Shown one piece after another: positions 30,743 to 38,446 of a stretch of 64,000 nucleotides of DNA. Position 1 is the stretch's first letter, and each line of letters opens with the position of its first letter. The notes under the pieces were generated by a model. That model was not told the DNA's origin, searched no databases, and saw only the letters and a program-made list of their open reading frames with translations. Source of the stretch: Vicinamibacterales bacterium (GTDB lineage Bacteria; Acidobacteriota; Vicinamibacteria; Vicinamibacterales; SCN-69-37); contig JBDSZL010000038.1 of NCBI GenBank assembly GCA_039925145.1, positions 53,181 to 117,180 on the forward strand, given 5' to 3'. The position numbers and the translations under genes are program-made.

Positions 30743-31646
30743 TCACGCGACGCAAGGCCACGGCAACCCACGAGTCTTCGGTCGCTTCGGACTCGATCAC
30801 GCTGCCGGCCGATTGGAGTGACGCGAAGACCGAGGGCGCCTCGTCGGCTTGAAATCCGCTGGCAATGAGCACGCCGCCATCGGCCAGCGTGGCGATCAGC
30901 AGCGAGGCCAGCCTTATCAGTACGCCTCCTGTGAGATTGGCGAGCAGGAGATCGAACCGGCCAGCCAGCCCGGCCGCGGATCGCGCGATATCGGCGACTT
31001 CGAGCATGACGTCGCCCGTGGCGTGATTACGCGCGATGTTCTCGCGCGCCGACGTGACCGCGTCCGGATCGTAGTCGAGCGCCAGCACGGTGTGAGCGCC
31101 AAGGCGCCACGCGGCCATTGCCAGCACGCCCGATCCGGTGCCGACGTCGATCACGGACCGGCCCTGCAGGTTCTGCTGCTGCAGCAGCTGCAAGCAAAGA
31201 CGGGTCGACTGGTGGTGGCCGGTCCCGAAACCCATCGACGGCTGAATGGCGATGACGATGGGCAGCAGGCTACCTGCTCGGTGGATCACGCTCTCGGCTG
31301 CCGATTCGATGGCGCGTTGCTGAGCGGCCGTGATCGTCCACGGGGGAGCGACAGTAATGCGGCCCACGGTAATCGGCTGCAAGGCCGCCTGACTGCGTTC
31401 GGCCCACGACTCGTCTGAAACAGCCACCGCCGCCGTCGTCGCTCCAGGGACACCGGCGTCGACGAGCGCCCTTGCACGCTCCCGGTCCGCATCGGACGAG
31501 AAGAAGAGGCGGAGCCCGTCCTCTCGTTCCTCGAGGGCGGTTGGAGACGACTCGTCGATGGTGGCGAGCAGCAGGTCTACCGTCTCAGGTTGCCCAGGAC
31601 CCGACCAGTGGACGTCGAGTGCCGGATAGTACCGCGGGCTCGTCAC
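30708..31646 (-). CDS. prmA: Ribosomal protein L11 methyltransferase
   Basis: IQPSMGFGTGHHQSTRLCL..VIDVGTGSGVLAMAA..LGA..VLALDYDP. GTG 31646 overlaps the dnaJ stop (GTGA). The 541-aa ORF-track version is a spurious extension across dnaJ. Confidence 0.85.
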   Translation of the reverse strand: MTSPRYYPALDVHWSGPGQPETVDLLLATIDESSPTALEEREDGLRLFFSSDADRERARALVDAGVPGATTAAVAVSDESWAERSQAALQPITVGRITVAPPWTITAAQQRAIESAAESVIHRAGSLLPIVIAIQPSMGFGTGHHQSTRLCLQLLQQQNLQGRSVIDVGTGSGVLAMAAWRLGAHTVLALDYDPDAVTSARENIARNHATGDVMLEVADIARSAAGLAGRFDLLLANLTGGVLIRLASLLIATLADGGVLIASGFQADEAPSVFASLQSAGSVIESEATEDSWVAVALRRVISSSPSTSTAR

Positions 31647-32770
31647 CCGAACAGGTCCTTGACCTTCTCGAAGAAGGGCTTCTCGCGATCCGCGTCTGGC
31701 GCGAGCGGCTCGATCGTGTCGACGGTGATGGTTTTGCCGAGCTGCTCGACCAGCTTCTTCTGGTCCTTCGCGAGCTTCTTCGGCACGTCCACGACGAGAC
31801 GCACGTGAAAGCTGCCGTGTCCACGTCCCGTGACCGAGGGCATGCCCTTGCCGCGATATGTCTTCACCGTGCCGCTGGGCGTGCCTTCCTCGACCTTGAC
31901 GGACTGCGGTCCGCCCGGCGTGTCGACGCTGAAGTGGCCGCCGAGCGCCATCAGATGAAACGGGACTGGCACCTCGACGAACAGGTCGTCCTCTTCGCGG
32001 CGGAAGACCGCATGCTGACGAACGTGCACCACGACATAGAGGTCGCCCGTGGGACCGCCGAGAGCGCCATGTTCGCCTTCGCCGTGCAGCCGAAGGCGCT
32101 GCCCATCGGCAATGCCGGCCGGGATACGAACGGTAACGCGGCGCTCCTTCGTCGTGCGGCCGGTGCCGCGGCACGCCGGGCACGGATTGCGAACAATTTG
32201 ACCCGCCCCACCGCACTGTCCGCAGGGCCGGGAGACGATGAGGAACCCCTGTTGAAAGCGCAGCTGTCCCGTGCCGCGACACTGGGGGCACGTCTCGACA
32301 GCGGAGCCTGGCGCGGCGCGCGTGCCCTTGCACGTCTCGCAGTTCTCCTCGCGCGGAATCTGAATCGTGGTCTCGGTGCCCGCGTACGAATCCTCGAACG
32401 AGATCTCGAGATCGAACCGCAGGTCCGAACCACGGCTGGGCCCCTGCCGGGTCTTGCCGCCAAAGCCGAAGAAATCGCCCAGGATGTCCGAGAAATCCGA
32501 GAAGATGTCGGGGTTGGCGCCCGGTCCCCCCTGGCCGCTTGCGCCGGTCACGGCCGCATGGCCAAAGCGATCGTACCGCGAACGTTTGTCGGCGTCGGCC
32601 AGCACGGCGTAAGCTTCGGCGGCTTCCTTGAAGCGCTCTTCGGCGGAATGATCGCCCGGGTTGCGGTCGGGGTGATATTTCAGCGCGAGCTTGCGGTAGG
32701 CGCTCTTGATTTCCTGGTCGCCGGCCGTACGCTCCACGCCCAGTATTTCGTAGTAGTCGCGTCGGCTCAC
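31643..32770 (-). CDS. dnaJ: Molecular chaperone DnaJ (type I)
   Basis: J domain (DYYEILGV..YRKLALKYHPDRN), G/F region and four CxxCxGxG zinc-finger repeats. GTG 32770 overlaps the grpE stop. Confidence 0.95.
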   Translation of the reverse strand: MSRRDYYEILGVERTAGDQEIKSAYRKLALKYHPDRNPGDHSAEERFKEAAEAYAVLADADKRSRYDRFGHAAVTGASGQGGPGANPDIFSDFSDILGDFFGFGGKTRQGPSRGSDLRFDLEISFEDSYAGTETTIQIPREENCETCKGTRAAPGSAVETCPQCRGTGQLRFQQGFLIVSRPCGQCGGAGQIVRNPCPACRGTGRTTKERRVTVRIPAGIADGQRLRLHGEGEHGALGGPTGDLYVVVHVRQHAVFRREEDDLFVEVPVPFHLMALGGHFSVDTPGGPQSVKVEEGTPSGTVKTYRGKGMPSVTGRGHGSFHVRLVVDVPKKLAKDQKKLVEQLGKTITVDTIEPLAPDADREKPFFEKVKDLFG

Positions 32771-33273
32771 GCCTTGGCCACCTTCACCGTCGCTGGCCGA
32801 ATCAGCCGCTGCCCGATGCGATATCCTCGCCGCACTTCGACCGTAATCTCGCCTTCGCGATGGCCATCGATGGGGTCGTTGGCGATGGCTTCGTGCCACT
32901 GCGGATCGAAGTCCTGCCCGAGGACCTCGAGCGTCTCGACGCCGCGACGCTTGAGCACCTCGGCGATCTGTCGGCGGATCAGCTCGACGCCCTGGCGGTA
33001 GGTGGCCACCTGCTCGGCGCCCGCTTTCGGGTCGACTGGTACGGCGAGCGCTCGTTCCAGATCGTCGACGACTGGCAGCAGGTCGCGGATGAGGTCGACG
33101 GCGGCATACTCGGCCTGCTCGCGCCGTTCGCGGTCGGTCCGCTTCCGGTAGTTGTCGAATTCAGCGGTCAGGCGGAGCAACCGGTCGTAGAGCTCGTCGC
33201 GCTCCTGGCGCAACCCCTCGTCCGATGCTCCCGACTCGCCAGGAGCCTGTCTGGTGGTGTCTTCCGTGGACAT
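32767..33273 (-). CDS. grpE: Nucleotide exchange factor GrpE
   Basis: RLTAEFDNYRKRTDRE and C-terminal FDPQWHEAI...GYRIGQRLIRPATVKV. Confidence 0.93.
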   Translation of the reverse strand: MSTEDTTRQAPGESGASDEGLRQERDELYDRLLRLTAEFDNYRKRTDRERREQAEYAAVDLIRDLLPVVDDLERALAVPVDPKAGAEQVATYRQGVELIRRQIAEVLKRRGVETLEVLGQDFDPQWHEAIANDPIDGHREGEITVEVRRGYRIGQRLIRPATVKVAKA

Positions 33274-33282
33274 AATGCGTGG

Positions 33283-34317
33283 CTACTGACCTTCGAGCAG
33301 GCGCGAGACGGCCCGCGAGACGCCATCGACCACCGAGATCGCCCGCTGATACCGCATGCGGGTCGGACCGATGACGCCGACGGAGCCCGTGCGATCGCCA
33401 TTCTGAAACGTGGAGATCACCAGGCTGAATGGGTGAAGATCGGGCGAGATGTTCTCGGACCCAATCACGACGGTGAGTCCGCCGGCTTCGATCGATCGCG
33501 ACAGCAGCTCCACCAGTTGATGCTTCTCTTCGATCATGCGAAACAGGACGCGCAGCGTCTCCATGGCGCGCTGACGGTCGAGCGGTTCACCGGCCATCCC
33601 GTCGATCAGGAACGAGGCGCCCTGCAGGTGCAGAGTCTCCACCGGCTGCATTTCGGCCAGCCCGCTGCCAGCGAGCTTCAGGGCTCGTGACATCAGGGCA
33701 TCATAGAGCAGGCGTTCCTCACGCATGCGCTCCACGATCGCCTGCCGCGCTTCGTCGAGGGTCATACCCGTCAGTTCGCTGTTGATGTAGTTGGCCGCTT
33801 CGGTCAATGCGGCCGAGTCGTAGCGCTCGTCCGTGTCGATGACGCGATGCGAAATCTGGCCGCCGGCCGCCACCACGATCACCAGAACGCGAGTGCCTTC
33901 GAGGTTGACGAAATCGATGTGCTGCAGCCGAACGCTCGTGTTAGCCGGAGCGACCGCAAAACCGATTTGCTGCGATGCCTGTGACAACTCGTGCGACGCG
34001 TGCTCGAGCAGGTCGCCCACCGTGCCGGCGCGCTGCAGGCGGGCCTGAAAATCAGGTGAGGTGGTGGACCGCCGGCGGGTGCCGAGCAACACATCGACGT
34101 ACCGCCGGTACCCGGAGTCGGTCGGCACCCGGCCCGCCGACGTGTGGGGCTGACGCACCAGCCCCTGCTCTTCGAGCCGCGCCAGGATGTTGCGCACCGT
34201 GGCCGATGACAGGCCGAGAGCGCTGTGTTCAGCGAGCCAGGACGACGAAACCGGTTCGCCCTGATCGATGTATTCCGCGACGAGGCTGGCGAGAATACGG
34301 CGTTGGCGGTCGGTCAT
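33283..34317 (-). CDS. hrcA: Heat-inducible transcription repressor HrcA
   Basis: N-terminal winged-helix region (RQRRILASLVAEYIDQGEPVSSSWLA..SSATVRNILARLEEQGLVRQPHTSAGRVPT). CIRCE lies directly upstream. Confidence 0.93.
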   Translation of the reverse strand: MTDRQRRILASLVAEYIDQGEPVSSSWLAEHSALGLSSATVRNILARLEEQGLVRQPHTSAGRVPTDSGYRRYVDVLLGTRRRSTTSPDFQARLQRAGTVGDLLEHASHELSQASQQIGFAVAPANTSVRLQHIDFVNLEGTRVLVIVVAAGGQISHRVIDTDERYDSAALTEAANYINSELTGMTLDEARQAIVERMREERLLYDALMSRALKLAGSGLAEMQPVETLHLQGASFLIDGMAGEPLDRQRAMETLRVLFRMIEEKHQLVELLSRSIEAGGLTVVIGSENISPDLHPFSLVISTFQNGDRTGSVGVIGPTRMRYQRAISVVDGVSRAVSRLLEGQ

Positions 34318-34321
34318 GATC

Positions 34322-34348
34322 TTAGCAGTCTCTTTCTGAGAGTGCTAA
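34322..34348. promoter_or_regulatory. CIRCE operator (HrcA binding site)
   Basis: The plus strand reads TTAGCAGTC-N9-GAGTGCTAA. Against the TTAGCACTC-N9-GAGTGCTAA consensus this is one mismatch in 18 arm positions. It lies 4 nt upstream of the hrcA ATG. Confidence 0.9.
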
Positions 34349-34351
34349 GGA

Positions 34352-34360
34352 AGTATAGCA
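34352..34360 (-). promoter_or_regulatory. Candidate extended -10 promoter TGCTATACT of the hrcA operon
   Basis: The minus strand reads TGCTATACT-tcc-CIRCE, so the predicted TSS falls in the left CIRCE arm. This is the classical arrangement. Confidence 0.5.
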
Positions 34361-34392
34361 AACACGGGCGGCGTCCACGGCGGCCCCCACGA

Positions 34393-36783
34393 TCACCGGA
34401 AGATCCGGCGGAACAGCCCTCCGAGCTTGGAGAACACCGCATCGCCTCCTCCTCCGTGGGTCTCGCACGCCTGCTTCGGCTCGGTGCCGGCGAGGAACGC
34501 TTCGCGGAACACCCGGGGACAATTCGGCGTGGCCAGCTGACCGGTATCCTTGTCGATTTCTTCGAAGACGATGTTGCCGGGGACGTCAAAGGCGACATTC
34601 GGGCTGCCGGCCAGCGCGCGGCGCATGAAGGCGCTCCAGATCGGCAGCGCTGCCTGGCTCCCACTCAGCCCAATGGGTTGATTGTTGTCGAACCCGACCC
34701 ACACCACCGTGAGCAATTCGGGTGTGAAGCCGATGAACCAGGCGTCCCGCAAATCGTTGGTGGTGCCGGTCTTTCCCGCAGCATCGAGCGCGAAGCCCGA
34801 GGCGCGCACCGCCGCGCCCGTGCCTTCGCTCAGCACGCTGCGCATCATGTTCGTGACCAGAAACGTCGTGTCCGCTCGCGCGACGGGGCGGATCGCCGGT
34901 GCGGGCACGGTGCGCACGCGGTCGTTCTCCGAGATGGTGCTGATGGTCCGCAACGGACGGACCGCGCCTTTGTTCGGAAAGATCGTGTACGCGGTCGCCA
35001 TATCGGCCGGCGACGCCTCGAACACGCCAAGTGCAATGGAGGGGTAGGCCTTGGCGGCGCTTCCGATGCTGACCCGCTTCCAGAAATCGGATACGCGGCC
35101 GTAGCCGACGGCCTCCGCCACTTTGACCGCCACGACATTGCGCGACAGCGCGAGCGCCTTGCGAAGGGTGATGGGGCCGTCGTACTCGCCCTGGTAGTTG
35201 GTCGGGGAGTAGTCGTGGTCGCCATCCTTGAAGGTCGTCGGCTCGTCGGTCATGAGCGTCGCCGGCGTCAAGCCGTCGCCGCCACCGGCCAATGCCGTCT
35301 GTTCGAATGCGGCCAGGTACACGAACGGCTTGAACGTCGACCCCGGCTGCCGTTTGGCCGCGACGGCTCGGTTGTACTGCGACTGGCTGTACGCCCGTCC
35401 ACCCACCATGGCCAGCACGTCGCCGGTTCTGGGATCGACCGCGATCAGCGCCGCCTGCGGCGTCCCCGATCGTTTGCGCGCGGCCAGCTGCTTGTCGACC
35501 TGCGCCAGTCCCTCAGCGACGGCTTCCTGGGCCAGCCGCTGCTTGTGCAGATCGAGCGTCGTGTAGACGTCAACGGCCGCGTCCTTCTGAAGCAGCCCCG
35601 CGTAGTCCTGATCGACGACCTGGCTGACATAGTCGACGAAATACGGCGCCTCGTTCTCCAAGGCCCGCGTCGACACCACGAGCGGCCCGGCCGCCGCTTT
35701 CTCCGCGTCGTCTTTCGGCACAAGGCCGCCTTCGGCCATTTCGTGGAGCACGATGTTTCGGCGTTCGCGCGCCCGATCCGGATTTCTGAACGGCGAGAGC
35801 CGCGACGGAGATTGAATCAGGCCGGCGATCGTGGCCGCTTCGGCGAGTGTGACGTTACGGACGTCCTTGCCGAAGAAGATGCGCGAGGCTTCCGACACGC
35901 CGTGAATCTCGAAAGGCCCGCGCTGGCCGAGCACCACATCGTTCAGATAGAGCTCGAGAATCTGCTGCTTCGTAAAGCGCCGGTCGAGCACGAGCGCCAT
36001 GAACTGCTCCTGCAGTTTCCGCTGCGGGGTCTTGGCAGGCGTCAGGAACGTGTTCTTGATGATCTGCTGCGTCAACGTGCTGCCGCCCACCAGGTAGGGC
36101 TTGTCGCCGCGCAGATTTGTCACGATGGCTCGAACGATGCCGATGGGATCGATGCCGGGATGCTCGAAGAATCGTCGGTCCTCGATAGCCAGCACGGCGT
36201 CGACGACGTGCTTGGGGATGCTGGCGAGCGGCACGTAGCGCCGGCGCTCACCGGGAGCGAGAGCCGCCAGCAGTGGCGCCTCGAGTGTCAAACGATCCAG
36301 GGCCTTGGCCGGAGGTCCCACGCGCGTGATCTTGGTCACGGCCGTTGACGTACGCGAGAAGTCGATTTGCACGGTCTCCGCTTTTCCCCGCGCGGGAGCT
36401 CGCGTGACGAGCCGGAGTGTGGTGCCCGTCAGGCTGAACTCGCCCGGCGCTTGAGCCTTCGGTCGTTCGGCGTACCCGACATCGTTGAGGTGCTGGATGA
36501 GCTGAGTCGGGCTGATGCCCTGGCCGGTGGCGACCTCGAGCGGCCGGCCGAAAATGCGCGGGACCGGCCGCTGCTCACCGGCGAGCTTACGATCGATGAT
36601 CCGTCCGTAGCTGATCCAGAAGTACACCGTCGCCGCGATCATCAGCAGCCCGACGATGCCGGCGCCGATCACGAGTCGTCGCAGCCACGGCCGCGCCGGC
36701 ATCCGGAATCTCAGCCGCAGACCCGTGGCTGAGCGCGTGGAGGTGCGTCGGGTGGGCGGGCGTGCGGGAGGGCGGGTGGCCAC
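34393..36783 (-). CDS. mrcA: Class A penicillin-binding protein (PBP1A family; glycosyltransferase plus transpeptidase)
   Basis: GT51 motifs (AIEDRRFFEHPGID, GGSTLTQQ, RK..E) and transpeptidase motifs (STFKPF, SRN, KTGTT). N-terminal TM anchor. Confidence 0.9.
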   Translation of the reverse strand: MATRPPARPPTRRTSTRSATGLRLRFRMPARPWLRRLVIGAGIVGLLMIAATVYFWISYGRIIDRKLAGEQRPVPRIFGRPLEVATGQGISPTQLIQHLNDVGYAERPKAQAPGEFSLTGTTLRLVTRAPARGKAETVQIDFSRTSTAVTKITRVGPPAKALDRLTLEAPLLAALAPGERRRYVPLASIPKHVVDAVLAIEDRRFFEHPGIDPIGIVRAIVTNLRGDKPYLVGGSTLTQQIIKNTFLTPAKTPQRKLQEQFMALVLDRRFTKQQILELYLNDVVLGQRGPFEIHGVSEASRIFFGKDVRNVTLAEAATIAGLIQSPSRLSPFRNPDRARERRNIVLHEMAEGGLVPKDDAEKAAAGPLVVSTRALENEAPYFVDYVSQVVDQDYAGLLQKDAAVDVYTTLDLHKQRLAQEAVAEGLAQVDKQLAARKRSGTPQAALIAVDPRTGDVLAMVGGRAYSQSQYNRAVAAKRQPGSTFKPFVYLAAFEQTALAGGGDGLTPATLMTDEPTTFKDGDHDYSPTNYQGEYDGPITLRKALALSRNVVAVKVAEAVGYGRVSDFWKRVSIGSAAKAYPSIALGVFEASPADMATAYTIFPNKGAVRPLRTISTISENDRVRTVPAPAIRPVARADTTFLVTNMMRSVLSEGTGAAVRASGFALDAAGKTGTTNDLRDAWFIGFTPELLTVVWVGFDNNQPIGLSGSQAALPIWSAFMRRALAGSPNVAFDVPGNIVFEEIDKDTGQLATPNCPRVFREAFLAGTEPKQACETHGGGGDAVFSKLGGLFRRIFR

Positions 36784-36840
36784 GTTGCCCTAGAGTGTAC
36801 GGCAACGCGACGCGTGGTGGAGAGTGCGATTCGCGCGCGC

Positions 36841-36869
36841 TTGACACCCGCGGCGCCCGCGCATACCGT
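36841..36869 (+). promoter_or_regulatory. Candidate sigma70-type promoter TTGACA-17 nt-TACCGT for the lyase gene
   Basis: Perfect -35 hexamer with 17-nt spacing to a TAnnnT hexamer, about 30 nt upstream of ATG 36900. Confidence 0.35.
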
Positions 36870-36899
36870 CCGCTCAGGCCCGCATGGGTGACCGACGCC

Positions 36900-38354
36900 A
36901 TGTCATTCTCGCCTGACTACGTCCGGCTCGTTCTCAACGAGAACTTCGAAGACGCCAAGACCCTCTGGCTCGACCCGTTGATGGCGATTCATCACGCTCA
37001 CCTGGTCATGCTGGCGGCGCAACGCATCGTGTCGCCAGCTGATGCGCGGGCGCTCGCGGTCGCGCTCGACAGCATCGACCTCTCGGCTGTCAGCCACGCG
37101 ACCTACGACGGTTCATACGAAGATCTCTTCTTCTACGTCAATCGCCTGATCGCGGACGCCTGCAATGGGGATCTGGCCGGACGCCTGCACACCGCCCGCA
37201 GCCGCAACGACATCGACATGACGATGTACCGGATGCGCTTGCGGGAGTGGGTGCTCGATCTTGGCGACGCCCTGCTCCGGCTGCGTGGCTCGTTGATTGA
37301 GCAGTCCGCTCAGCACGGCGGCACGGTGTTCGCCGCGCACACGCACGGCCAGCCCGCACAGCCGACGACAGTCGCGCACTATCTTGTCGCGATGATCGAG
37401 CAGCTCGAGCGCGACACGACAAGGCTGATGGCTGCCTATGCCGTCGTGAACGCCTGCCCGCTTGGGGCGTGCGCGATTACCGGCACCGGCTTCCCGATCG
37501 ATCGCGATCTGACGAGCGCCCTTCTTGGGTTTCGGGAGCCGACCGGAAACACGTACGGCAGCATCGCGGCGGTCGACTACCTGCTCCAGTCAGCCGCAGC
37601 GGCAGCCATTCTCCTGACCGGCCTGGGCCGCTTCGTACAGGACATGCTGTTCTGGTCGACGGCCGAAGTCGGCTATCTGCGTCTGCCAGACGGGCTGGTT
37701 CAGACGAGCAGCATCATGCCGCAGAAACGCAACCCGGTGGCGCTCGAGCACGCCCGTGCGCTCAGCTCGCGATCACTCGGGGAGATCAACGCGATTCAAT
37801 CGGCGGTGCACAACACGCCCTTTGGGGACATTGTCGATACCGAAGACGACCTGCAGCCCCTCGTGCGCGTCGCCTTCGCGAACGCCACGCGGGCGGTCGC
37901 TCTCGTCGGGGCCACGACGGCGCTTGCGGAGTTTCAAGTCGCGCGCATGCGCGAGAGGGCAGCCGCCTGCTGGGTCACCGCCACAGAGCTGGCCGACACG
38001 CTCGCGCGCGACACTGGCATGTCGTTCACGAGAGCCCATGCGTTGACCGCCGTGCTGGTCCACGAAGTCACAGCAGGGGGCAGCGTCGCCCCGTCGGCAG
38101 CGCTCAACGCCGCGGCCCATCAGATGGGATACCAGCTGAATCTCTCGGACGAAGACCTGCATCGGATTCTCAGCCCCGAACACTTCGTCGAGCTCCGCCG
38201 GACGTGGGGCGGGCCCGCGCCCGACGTGACCCGCGCCGCTATCGAGGAGTGCCGCAGGAAGCTGGCGGCCGACGAAGCCACGATGGCTCAGTCGCGAGGC
38301 GGACTTGCCGCCGCCGCACGGCAGCGCCGCCTCGCGATTGACCGGCTCCTGTGA
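36900..38354 (+). CDS. Argininosuccinate-lyase-family (fumarate lyase superfamily) protein, divergent paralog
   Basis: ARSRNDIDMT, HTHGQPAQPTT and signature loop TSSIMPQKRNP. It lacks the canonical ArgH N-terminus (WGGRF) and is not next to arg genes. Confidence 0.75.
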   Translation: MSFSPDYVRLVLNENFEDAKTLWLDPLMAIHHAHLVMLAAQRIVSPADARALAVALDSIDLSAVSHATYDGSYEDLFFYVNRLIADACNGDLAGRLHTARSRNDIDMTMYRMRLREWVLDLGDALLRLRGSLIEQSAQHGGTVFAAHTHGQPAQPTTVAHYLVAMIEQLERDTTRLMAAYAVVNACPLGACAITGTGFPIDRDLTSALLGFREPTGNTYGSIAAVDYLLQSAAAAAILLTGLGRFVQDMLFWSTAEVGYLRLPDGLVQTSSIMPQKRNPVALEHARALSSRSLGEINAIQSAVHNTPFGDIVDTEDDLQPLVRVAFANATRAVALVGATTALAEFQVARMRERAAACWVTATELADTLARDTGMSFTRAHALTAVLVHEVTAGGSVAPSAALNAAAHQMGYQLNLSDEDLHRILSPEHFVELRRTWGGPAPDVTRAAIEECRRKLAADEATMAQSRGGLAAAARQRRLAIDRLL

Positions 38355-38446
38355 CGGCGCCTATCCGGCCGTCGTCTCGCCGCCGAGGAGCGTCAACACT
38401 TCTCCGGTGGCATACATGAATCTCCTGCAGCCAGGGTGTGCAGAAT

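Noticed and set aside
30708-32333. Long 5' extensions of real genes in the ORF track: prmA as 541 aa, holA as 503 aa (21069..), the kinase as 465 aa (..30388), etfA as 408 aa (9405..), deoB as 493 aa (2132..), ribF as 345 aa (54495..), rsmE as 374 aa (29618..), dnaJ as 418 aa (..32899) and the lyase as 530 aa (36762..).
   Set aside because: The extensions overlap the upstream gene in another frame. They are Arg-rich junk until the point where family-conserved sequence begins. An ATG or GTG, often overlapping the upstream stop, sits exactly at that point.
34225-36348. Very long antisense ORFs throughout the track. Examples: 34225..36348 (707 aa, opposite PBP1A), 3075..4706 (543 aa, opposite deoB/dgt), 31472..33001 (509 aa, opposite dnaJ/grpE), 48603..50375 (590 aa, opposite carB), 19301..20533, 13737..14720, 17166..18356, 56366..57475 and 57000..58238.
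   Set aside because: They are Arg/Ala/Gly/Pro-rich and low in complexity, with no recognisable motifs. Each lies opposite a gene with strong family signatures. Stop codons are rare on the antisense strand of GC-rich coding DNA, so these are shadow ORFs.
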